Below are positions 35,965 to 46,334 of a stretch of DNA of 64,000 nucleotides, in pieces. A program made the translations under genes and the position numbers. Within the stretch, counting starts at the first letter, position 1. Each line of letters starts with the position of its first letter. Source of the stretch: Chrysemys picta bellii (taxonomy: Eukaryota); NCBI RefSeq assembly GCF_011386835.1, contig NC_088795.1, forward strand, positions 76,446,001 to 76,510,000. The letters are read 5' to 3'. The notes below the pieces were generated by a model that was not told the DNA's origin, did not search any database, and worked only from the letters and a program-made list of their open reading frames with translations.

Positions 35965-36324
35965 CTATTTTTTCTACAGCACTCCTATCTCATACAGTGC
36001 ATAGTGGGACACTCTGGGGGTAGGATTAAGGTTGCATAGGCAATCGCAAATCTGGCATTTCATAACTTTCAAGTGCTTGACTTTGCAACCTAAATTTCTT
36101 TTAACATAGTTTCTCCCCCACTCCTTATGTCATTAATTATTGTTAGCTGCACGGTTTATAAAGGTAACAGTTCTGGAAACAATGTGTGTTCAAATGAATA
36201 ATAAATTGAAATAAAATTAGATTCTGGGATATGTTTTTCCATGTAGCAATACATTAAAATGCATAATTATCCATTTACTTGAAATGTAAGGACAACTCAG
36301 AATATAACTGGAATAAGAACCTAC

Positions 36325-36515
36325 CGTTTTGCTGATGTAACTTGTGCTGATATTCATACATTGCAGCCCCTCACTATTGCAGCAACCTCCACATCTGTAG
36401 ATGGATACACATGGGGGTTTAAAGAAGGTGTTTGTTGTTGCTCCAAACTCTTTCCCCACATCTACACACACCTCACGTGGCATGCACTGAGTTTTCCTCC
36501 ATTCATTATCAATAC
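36325..36515 (-). CDS. VEGFC: VEGF-C exon 3 (cystine-knot VEGF homology domain)
   Basis: ggcAG|...|GTAGGT, 191 nt. Translates (S)IDNEWRKTQCMPREVCVDVGKEFGATTNTFFKPPCVSIYRCGGCCNSEGLQCMNISTSYISKT. Confidence 0.98.
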
Positions 36516-37423
36516 CTGCCAAGTTATAGGGAAGTTCATACGTTATAATGCAGCTAGTTAAAATAAGAACAACATCCCACCATAGATTAACAGCAACTTG
36601 CTTATGTTTGGAATCAGACTAGCATGTGACTTCGTATATTTAGATTCTTGAGTCAATTAAATACACATTTCTTTAGAGAAACTGAATTCTCTCTGCAGTA
36701 ACTTTCCTGAATCCCATGGCAGTGCTGCCAGGGAGCAGAGCCGCAGTGGGGACAGAGCTGTAGTGGAACCACTGGGATCCTAGTAAACATCTCCAAAGTC
36801 TAGGCAGCTCTCAGGATATCCAAAGATTTCAGAGAGATTTCCATGTAGAGTTTCCTATCCCTATGTGGCAATATCTGCAGAGGAGAATCATCTGGCCTGG
36901 GTAACCAACACTTCAGGATTTGGACCATACCATATGTTAAAAAGTATGTTTGATTTGGGTCTTGTACTATTAAGATGGTATTAAGGTAATTGGATGTTCA
37001 TTTACTTTTGCTAACTACAGAGTGCTCTATCTATGCTTTTCTGATGCAAAAAACAAAAAACAAAAAAACAAGTTACCGGGCAATATTATATACCTTCTTC
37101 ATTAAACTTAAATTCTAATTAGGCTAGGCCCTTAGACAGTGATTGTATTTTCTGGCTGGGCATTTCTGCCAAATTACAATTGTGCACAGCTCAGACCTCA
37201 TTACTAAAAAGTGATGCAACTTGCCTCACCACAGCCCCATTCCTCTGTCTTGGAGCCAACTTCTGTTAGGTTGCTTTCTGGCTCAAAGAAGAACTAACAT
37301 TACACCTGTTATCTAATCAATTCCTCCTATAACAATTTAATTCAAACCCACCTACTCTATTGTAAATTTTACTCTTCCTCTTATAAGTTCTACATCTTCC
37401 CACCAAAAAAAAAATCTATAAAG

Positions 37424-39001
37424 TAGGGCTGTCGATTAATCGCAGTTAACTCATGTGATTAAGTAAAAAAAATTAATTGCAATTAATCACAATTTTAAAC
37501 AATAGAATACCAACTGAAATTTATTAAATATTTTGGATGTTTTTCTACATTTTCATCTATGTTGTATTCTATGTTGTAACTGAAATCAAAGTGTATATTA
37601 TTTTTGATTATAAATATTTGCACTGTAAAAATGACAAAAAATAAATAGTATTTTTCAATTCACCTCATACAAGTGCAACTTACAAATGTACATTTTTTGT
37701 TATATAACTGCACTCAAAAATAAAATAAAATTGTAGAGCCTGCAAGTCCACTCAGTCCTACTTCTTGTTCAGCCAATCGCTCAGACAAACAAGTTTGTTT
37801 ACATTTGTAGGAGATAATGCTGCCCGCTTCTTATTTACAATGTCACCTGAAAGTGAGAACAGGCGTTCTTGTGGCACTGTTGTAGTTGGCGTTGCAAGAT
37901 ATTTACATGCCAGATGCGCTAAAGATTCATATGTCCCTTCATGCTTCAACCACCATTCCAGGGGACATGCGTCCATGCTGATGACTGGTTCTGCTCGATA
38001 ACAATCCAAAGCAGAGTGGACCGATGCATGTTCATTTCATCATCTGAGTCAGATGCCACTTGCAGATTTTCTTTTTTGGTGTTTCAGGTTCCGTAGTTTC
38101 TGCATCAGAGTGTTGCTTTTAAGACTTCTAAAAACATGCTCCACACCTCGTCCCTCTCAGATTTTGGAAGGCACTTTAGATTCTTAAACATTGGGTCGAG
38201 TGCTGAAGCTATCCTTAGAAATCTCACATTGGTACCTTTTTTGCGTTTTGTCAAATCTGCAGTGAAAGTGTTCTTAAAATGAACAACGTGCTGGGTCATC
38301 ATCCAAAACTGCTATAACATGAAATATATGGAAGAATGCAGGTAAAACAGAGCAGGGGATGTACAATTCTCCCCCCAATGAGTTCAGTCACAAATTTAAT
38401 TTACACATTTTTTTTAATGAGCATCATCGGCATGGAAGCATGTCCTCTGGAATGATGGCTGAAGCATGAAAGGGCATATGAATGTTTAGCATATCTGGCA
38501 CGTAAAATACCTTGCAGAAGTGCCATGCTACAAAAGTGCCATGCAAATGCCTGTTCTCACTTTCAGGTAACATTGTAATCAAGATGCAGGCAGCATTACC
38601 TCCTACAAATGTAAACAAACTTGTTTGTCTGAGCGATTGGCTGAACAAGAAGTAGGACTGAGTGGACTTGCAGGCTCCAAAATTTTACATTGTTTTATTT
38701 TTGAATGCAGTTTATTTTGTACATAATTCTGCATTTGTAAGTTCAACTTTCATGATAAAGAGATTGCACTACAGTACTTGTATTAGGTGAATTGAAAAAT
38801 ACTATTTCTTTTGTTTTTTTACAGTGCAAATACTTGTAATCAAAATTAAATATAAAGTGACCACTATGCATTTTGTACTCTGTGTTGTAATTGATATCAA
38901 CATATTTGAAAATATAGAAAACATCCAAAAATATTTAAATAAATGGTATTCTATTATTGCTTCACAGCGTGATTAATTTTTTTAATTGTTTGACAGCCCT
39001 A
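37424..39001. mobile_element. Fold-back non-autonomous hAT element carrying two inverted copies of a ZBED1-like transposase C-terminus
   Basis: TIR tagggctgtc/gacagcccta; degenerate TSD ctataaag/ccatgaag. The hATC dimerisation motif CPLEWW...ERLFSLSGDIVNKKRAALSPTNVNKLVCL is on the minus strand (37758-38009), with a decayed copy on plus (about 38420-38655). ALDP.FK.LK lies in the centre. Confidence 0.92.
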
Positions 39002-39528
39002 CCATGAAGTAATTTATTTTCAGGCAGAATGATTAAAAAAAAGAATTATGTTAATGTCCATTAATGCTTCAACTGGTCTGTTGTAATATTATAAACATAC
39101 TTTACACAATCAAAATAAACCACACCAAGGTGTGCAGTACTTGGCTACTCCAGGTGGTTGAAGATCCGTTGCCATGAGCCTCCCCATTATTCTGGGTTAT
39201 TGCTTAACTGAAGAAAATCAGGAGGAAAAAGACAAATATTTTCTCCTCCCTCTCCCTCCCCCCAGTGGGGACATTCTTTGGGAGTCACCTATTACTGCCT
39301 TCTTACTTCCTGCAAAGTCTTCAAAGTCCCAGCATAGCAGAGATTCTTTCCAGCTGAGGACTTCTGGATTTAATTTCAAATATCTGCTGTAATGTACCAT
39401 CTGAAAATGGTGCAAACACTTCCTTCTGCATCAGTGTACACCTCATGCATCTCACTGAGTTCACAAAACGTATATCAGAAAAAAATAGCCATAAGAATTA
39501 GTTTCTTTCATTATGGAAGTGTCTAAAG

Positions 39529-39685
39529 CAGTGCTTAATTTGTGCCAGAGCATGCCAGGGCTGAGCCCCGGCACCTGTAGGCTTGGCAGTTCATAGCCCC
39601 GGCACCTCTGGCCTTGCCACGTCAGTTATGAAAATAAGAAAAATTGCTGAGCCTTGGCACCTCTTTAATTACAAATTAAGCACTG
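39529..39685. mobile_element. hAT-type MITE
   Basis: TIR CAGTGCTTAATTTGT / ACAAATTAAGCACTG; TSD gtctaaag/gtttaaag. Confidence 0.88.
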
Positions 39686-39838
39686 GTTTAAAGATCCTAA
39701 CTGATGCATTAATACAAATCAAAGGCCTTAGCCGTTTTTATTTTCAGTGCTTAGATTTTAAAGTGTTTTTGACACAATTGACATTTCTTCAGATTTTGAT
39801 TTACAGTATTTGGTACATCTTTTATTTCCTGAACTTAC

Positions 39839-40052
39839 TTTTCAAGATCTCTGCATTATAATGTGCTGCTGCAAATTTTATTGAATCATCTGATCTTGTG
39901 TCGAAGCTGGAGTGTTCCCTGTTGTGTTGCCAGCCCCCTTTCCTCAACTGACATTTGAACATTTTCCAGTACTCTGGGTAAAGTACTGTCATGAGTTCAT
40001 CCACACTGGACACAGACCGCAACTGCTCTTCCAGCTCTTTGCTTGCATGAGC
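39839..40052 (-). CDS. VEGFC: VEGF-C exon 2 (N-terminal propeptide to start of VHD); first coding exon in window
   Basis: tttaacAG|...|GTAAGT, 214 nt. Translates AHASKELEEQLRSVSSVDELMTVLYPEYWKMFKCQLRKGGWQHNREHSSFDTRSDDSIKFAAAHYNAEILK(S). Confidence 0.98.
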
Positions 40053-40591
40053 CTGTTAAAGAAACATGCAAGATTAATTACTTTCTGCATTGCACAAGTT
40101 TTGCTGTAAATTAGTTTGTTGAACAGCTAAGCTTTTGTAAAATCAAGTCTCCCCCTTAAGAATCTTCTTGCAAAAAAGTCTACACTGATGTTGTTCTGTA
40201 ACGTCTGATACTGCAATGCCTTTCTCTCATCACTAATTCTTACTTAAACATGTTGTTCAAGATAAGTATTATTCATGTGAGAAAAGGGTTGCAGCAGTAA
40301 ACCCTTGCACGATACAATTTGGAGGTTAAGGCAATGTATCACATTTTGTATTATGGATAACCGAATGATTTTTAAATAACATTTTTACTTTTTCAAACAA
40401 AATCAGACAGATTTTATAATTATATGCATATTGCCTAGCATCATGTAACATTAAAAAGGATGAGATCAAGGAAAATTTTGCATGTTTTCCCAAAATTTCT
40501 TGAAAGCAAAAAATGATGAAAGTGCAAAAATGGGTGAAAATGAAATCAGAGAATTTTTGAAAATTGATTTTTATAATTTTGTACATTGTTA

Positions 40592-40720
40592 GGGACCAAT
40601 CCTGCAGACACTCGCTATAGAGCATAGTGTTTACTACTATGAATAGTTCAATTGAAGCCAATGAAACTATTCATAGTAGTAAGCACTATATTTGGTAATA
40701 AGTTATTGTAGGATCAGCCC
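40592..40720. mobile_element. Short palindromic MITE (old, Harbinger-like ends)
   Basis: ggg.ccaatcctgc...gtaggatcagccc ends; core palindrome actactatgaatagtt / aactattcatagtagt. Similar decayed copies at about 3505, 20475 and 22380. Confidence 0.6.
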
Positions 40721-41607
40721 TATCTTGTAGTTCTTTATTTGATAAATATTAGTTTCTCCCATCTCAAATATAAATGAGATACGAACATAGGTATTTTTAA
40801 AAAAATCTCGTTTAGGGTCAATCATGACTCTGCCACAAGCTTTGCACAAGTTTTCCATTGCCTCAAATGCAGCTTGTGAAAGAGATGATGACTATGAATT
40901 ACATTCTGCCTTGTGATTCCCCTATGTTGCCGGTGGAACATGCACCCCACCACCATACATCACGCAGAAAATGTACCTGGTTAACACTCCATCCATTCCC
41001 TGCCCACTCTTACCCACATGCGCAATGATGGTGGAGAAAACCACACACAATGGTTCTCTGGAAGTTGCTGTCTTCCCAGATGCAACTACCCACAGTATAG
41101 ATATCCAGTGCAGAAGAAGAAGGGGTGCCTTACAAGTCCTCATGCATGTGCATGCAGGAATGGACACAGTGTGGCCCTTCGATGGCAATATTAGAGACAA
41201 CGTAAGCAGTGTTCATTAACTACTGTTTCTGTACATATAAATACATACACATACACTAACACTTGTCTTCTGCATCCCAGAAAGAAATGGCCACATTAAA
41301 AAAATATTGGTGACAAAACAGGTGGTTTAAAAATAATATAGCCTTATCAGAGTCTAACAGTTTTAAGCAGGTAAAATTTATTTTTTATCCTAACCTGCAC
41401 AATAATGTATTTCTAAATTTTCAAATATTTTGATATGGATGCTTTTAGGTGTCTGTGACAAGAAGTAGTATTAATTTTAGCAATGAATATGGCTTACATA
41501 AATTGGTTGCAAGATTTAGTCATGAATTAATTTCTATATGTAAACAAAATAAAGACTATTACATAATCAGAAATATTTTATTCCCTGCACAGTTGCAAAA
41601 TATTGCT

Positions 41608-41880
41608 CTCAATGTTGCCAACTCTCGTGATTTTATTGTCAGTCTTGCAATATTTATTGCTTTACTTAAAACCCCAGTTCCTGGAGCTGACAAACTCACC
41701 TTCCATTATAAAACAAAACAGAACCTTCTAGCCTTCCAGGCAGCAGAGAAAACCCTGAAATGAGCACAATCTAAAGGCTCAGAAATCAAGAAGTCAAATA
41801 AAAGAACCCTTTTCTAAATCTTATGATTTTTTTGGAGGCCTGACTCATGATTTTTGAATGACTGGAGTTGGCAAGACTGT
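41608..41880. mobile_element. hAT-like MITE
   Basis: Inverted ends caatgttgccaactc / gagttggcaagactg. Confidence 0.6.
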
Positions 41881-42294
41881 CCTGTACAATTACTACCAGG
41901 AGAAATATAAATGATACAAAGATTTCATATATACTGAAAAACCCTTTGTAGCTGAATGAACTATAACATGTTCATCTTATTTATTCTTCATTACAAGAGA
42001 TATGAAGTATTCTCCCCCTTTCTTCCCTCCATCAGGGACACAGCAGCAGGGACCAGCTCTAATTGCTATGCATGCCACCAGCCTTATAGGAGCAGCAGAG
42101 AAGCCTGAGTGCCCTTAAAGGAGCTGGGACCTTGCTTCTCCTATAATGTAGACATTCTGGACCTCGCAGGATCCTAGACCCCGGGCTCCAGACTGAGCCC
42201 AAACGTTTACATAGCAATTAAACATGTCTTAGCGTGAGCCCAAGTCAGCTGATGTGGGCCAGCCTCGGATATCTGCAGTATTGACATACCCAAA

Positions 42295-43975
42295 GTTACC
42301 TGAAATAAAATTGATGCTGTTCTGAAGGAACTCAAGTATGAAACTGTAGAACTACTAACAGTGAGTGATATGTAACTTATCATTTCAATCAGCTTCTGTA
42401 CCAGATGACTGGAGGATATCTGGATGATATCCAGATCACTGGACAATGTGACACCAATTTTTAAAGAAGTGTCCAGAGGCAATCCTAGCAACTAAAGGCC
42501 GGTAAGCCTAACTTCAGTACCAGGCAAATTGGTTGAAACTACAGTAAAGAACAGAATTAACAGACACATAGATTAATACAATTTGTTGGGGAAGAAAGAG
42601 TCAACGCGGCTTTGTAAAGGGAAATCATGCCTCTCAAATCCATTAGAATTCTTTGAGGGGGTCAACAAATATGTGGACAAGGGTGATCCAGTGGATATAG
42701 TGTACTATAGTGGATTTCCCAAAAGCCTTTGACAAGGTCCTTCACCAAAGGCTCTTAAACCAAAGTAAACAGTCATGGGATAAGAGGAGAGGTCCTCTCA
42801 TGGATCAGAAACTTTTTAAAAGACAGGAAAAAAAGGATAAGAATAAATGGTCAGTTTTCAGAATGGACAGAGGTAAATAGTGGTGTCCTCCAGAGATCTG
42901 TACTGGGACCAGTGCTATTCAACATATTCATAAATGATCTGGAAAGAGGGATAAACAGTGAGGCGGCAAAATTTGCAGACAATACAAAATTATTCAAGAT
43001 AGTTTAATCCAAAGCAGACTGTGAAGAGTTACAAAGGGATCTTGCAAAACTGCGTGACTGGGAAACAAAATGGCAGATGAAATTCAATGTTGATACATGC
43101 AAAGTAATGCACATTGGAAAATATAATCCCAACAATACATACAAAATGATGGTGTCTAAATTAGTTGTTAGCACTCAAGAAAGTGATCTTGGATTCATTG
43201 TGGATAGTTGTCTGAAAACATCCACTCAGTGTACAGAAGCAATCAAAAAAAGCTAACAATGTTGAGAACTATTAGGAAAAGGATAGATAAGAAGACAGAA
43301 AATATCATAATGTCACTATATAAATTCATGGTATGCCCACACCTGTGTGCAGTTCTGTTCACCCCATCTGAAAATAATATTAGAATTGGAAAAGGTACAC
43401 AGAAAGGCAACAAAAATGATTAAGGGTATGGAACAGCTCAGTATGAGGAGAGATTAAAAAGACTGGAACCTTTCAGTTTGGAAGAGAGACAACTAAGAAG
43501 GGATATGATAGCAGTCCATAAAATCATGAATGGTGTGGAGCAAGTGAATAAGAAAGTGTTATTCACTCCTTCATGATAACACCAGAACCAGGGGCCACTG
43601 AAATTAATAGGCAGTAGGTTTAAAACAAAAGGAAGTACTTCATCACACAACACATAGTCAATTTGTGGAATTTGTTGCCAGGGGATGTTGTGAAGGCCAA
43701 AACTGTAGTGAGGTTCAAAAAAGAATGAGATAAGTTCATGGACAGGTCTATCAATGGCTATTACCCAAGATGGTCAGGGATACAACCCCATGTTCTGGGT
43801 ATCCCTAGCCTCTGATTGTCAGAAGCTGGGAGTGGACAACAGGGGACGGATCACTCAATGATTGCCTGTTCTGTTCATTCCCGCCGAAGCACCTGGCACT
43901 GGTTACTGTCAGAAGACAGGATACTGGGATGAACAGACCATTGGTCTGACCCAGTAAGGGCGTTATGATGTTCTC
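42295..43975 (+). mobile_element. CR1 LINE, 5'-truncated, about 1.7 kb with 3' end
   Basis: PDDWR, PVSLTSVPGKLVE, KAFDKV, LFNIFINDLE and AKFADNTKL motifs; CR1 3' UTR ending ggtctgacccagta...gttct. Confidence 0.92.
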
Positions 43976-43977
43976 AT

Positions 43978-45170
43978 GATCAGTGCAAGATCTGTCACCA
44001 ACAAACAATCAGCGATGAAATACCCAAGATCGCCTGCATCCTGGAGACTTGGCTCTATGACACTACAAACCCCGTGCTAGCCCGCCTCCTCCCCACTTCC
44101 TCCCACTACTTCATCTATCATATACCGAGACGAGACAGGAAGCACTGCATCAAACATCAAATCGGAAAAAGTCGCCTCAGGTAATAAAATGTCTTCTAAA
44201 TTGGTTTGTCTAGCACAGGGTTCTGGCTGGGGGTGAGGGCTCTGGGGTGGGGCCAGAAATGAGGCGTTCAGGGTGCAGGAAGGGGCTCTGGGCTGGGGCA
44301 GGGGGTTGGGGTATGAGTGGGTATTTATGTATGTGAGGTCTCCAGCTGGGGGTGCGAGCTCTGGGGTGGGGATGAGGGGTTGGGGGTGCACGAGGGTGCT
44401 CCAGCCTGTGACTGAAGGGTTCGGAGGGTAGGAGGAGGATCAGGGCTGTGGCGGGAGGTTGGGGCACGGGAGGGGTTCAGGGATGCAGGCTCTGGGCGGC
44501 ACTTTCCTCAAGCAGCTCCTGGAAGCAGCGGCATGTCCCCCCTCCGTCTCCTATGTGGAGGCACACCCAAGCGACTCTATGAGCTGCCCTGTCCACAGAC
44601 ACCTCCCCTGCAGCTCCCATTGGCTGTAGATCATGCCCAATGGGAAATGCGGGGGTGGAGCAGCAGGCAGAGCTCCCTGGCTGCCCCTACATGTAGAAGC
44701 TGGAGGGGGGACATGCCGCTGCTTCCGGGAGCCACACAGAGCTGTGGCATGTGCAGAGTGGGACAAGCCCCCAACCCCGCTCCCTGGCTGCAGCACCGGA
44801 GCGTGGCAAGCCCCAGACTCCGCTTCCTGGCAGGAGCTCGAGGGCCAGATTAAAATGTCTGAAGGGCCGGATGCAGCCCCCGGGCCATAGTTTGCCCACC
44901 CCATGTCTAGCAGCAGAAACCAGAGCCAAAACAAACAGATTTTTTTGTTCGTTTACAGACCACCAAGGACCAAAGGATTCAAAAAGGAGCTAACTAAAAC
45001 CTTGTTGTGAAAGGGTGGGGGGCTTCAAATTTACCAGACACTTACCAGCCAGAGGTTGATATGAAAAATGTATCCAGAAATTAGGGTGCAAGGCCAAGCA
45101 TCTCAATAGGAATTCTTGCCCTTCCCACCAAAAATGCTGCTCATCAGCAAGTTGATCCTGGACTATGTTG
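43978..45170 (+). pseudogene. Ancient LINE (L2/CR1-clade-like) AP-endonuclease relic, split by a hAT insertion
   Basis: Collinear APE-like motifs in broken frames: SARSVTNK (about 43982), IACILETWL (44029), FVYRPP (44948-44965) and ILDYV (about 45155). Confidence 0.5.
44216..44904. mobile_element. GC-rich non-autonomous hAT element (same family as 61167), left part deleted
   Basis: TSD gtctagca (44208-44215 / 44905-44912); right end gggccatagtttgcccacccc; high similarity to 61167-61926. Confidence 0.85.
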
Positions 45171-45527
45171 ATAAGGTTCCCCATCCCTCATCTTTAGTAC
45201 TGATCTCAAGCTAGTATGTTTAGTCCTCTGGTAATCTAGACAAGCAGATTTCCTTAAACTCTACAAAACCGTTTTGTTTATGAGCTAAGTCATAAATTAG
45301 GCACTTGTATAGCATTTTAGATCTATGTTACAAATTGAATTTTTTCATGGCCATACCACTTAGTAAAAAGCTTCATCTTCAAATTGGATTGGAGATATTA
45401 TATGCAATTTCAGCTATTCAACACAATTGAGGAGATGGCTTTAGAAACAAGTGTTTGGTCATAATTTTAAAGCACTGAAGTTTTATTTATTTGTGATAAG
45501 ATCAGAAGCATTTACAAAAATGCAATA

Positions 45528-45620
45528 AGTAACAGAGGGTCCTGTGGCACCTTTGAGACTAACAGAAGTATTGGGAGCATAAGCTTTTGTGGGTAAGAAC
45601 CTCACTTCTTCAGATGCAAG
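45528..45620. mobile_element. Short Penelope-like terminus with decayed hammerhead core
   Basis: gtggcacctttgagactaac...gagcataagcttttgtgggtaagaacctcacttcttcagatgc; 10-bp TSD aaatgcaata (45518-45527 / 45621-45630). Confidence 0.82.
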
Positions 45621-45699
45621 AAATGCAATAGTACTTAGAACAGTTAAAAAGTCAAACATATTGTCATTGCATTATTTCTTCATTTGCAAATCTACTCTA

Positions 45700-45916
45700 T
45701 TGTTCTCTTCTTGTAATAGAGCTGCCAGTGGAGCTGAGAGACTGGGCTCTCAGCTCCCCGCAGTGCCCCTCTTAAGTCAGTGGAAGTGCTCCAGGTGAGA
45801 ACACGCACAAACAACTCAAGGAGGGCAGTGTAGACATGCACCACTGCAGTAATTACTGTGGTGGTTGTAAGTTGACCAAATGTAAGTTGACTTAGGATTG
45901 TACTATAGACATACCC
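45700..45916. mobile_element. PIF/Harbinger MITE fragment (right end)
   Basis: Ends in tactatagacataccc|tga, with an internal gcagtgtagacatgc. Confidence 0.5.
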
Positions 45917-45974
45917 TGAGGAAGTCACCTTGGTTCATTTACATTCAGAAGTTTATCTCTGTATACCCATACTA

Positions 45975-46334
45975 CTGAGAAAAGAAGACTGAGGGGGAAC
46001 CTGATAACAGCCTTTAACATATTTCAAGACTCTTATAAAGAGGATGGTAACCAACTGTTCTCCAAATCCACTGAAGGTAGGACAAGAAGTAATGGACTTA
46101 ATCTGTGGCAAGGGAATTTACGTTAGATATTTGAGAAACTTTCTAACTACAGAGGTAGTTAAATGCTAGAATAAGCTTCCAAGAGCTGCTACGGAATCCT
46201 CTTAATTGTTTTTAAGAACAGGCATGACAAACACCTGTCAGGGATGTTCTAGGTAACTTGGTCCTGCGGCAGCACAGGTAGCTGGACTAGATGACCTCTT
46301 GAGGTCCCTTCCAGCCCTACATTTCTATGATTCT
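45975..46334 (+). mobile_element. CR1 LINE 3' end
   Basis: ggacaagaagtaatggacttaatctg...ggactagatgacctcttgaggtcccttccagccctacatttctatgattct is a typical CR1 tail. Confidence 0.88.

Noticed and set aside
36217-36522. 101-aa ORF as a standalone short VEGF gene (likewise ORFs 13153-13527, 13760-14014 and 39822-40022)
   Set aside because: Homology stops exactly at canonical splice sites; these are single exons read through into introns.
40860-41220. Overlapping 82-92-aa ORFs in a GC-richer patch
   Set aside because: No recognisable domain, splice context or repeat hallmark, so nothing supportable.
44077-44993. Cluster of 80-127-aa ORFs (and the similar cluster at 61185-61932)
   Set aside because: Both clusters lie in copies of the same GC-rich non-autonomous hAT bounded by TSDs, with no transposase motifs.
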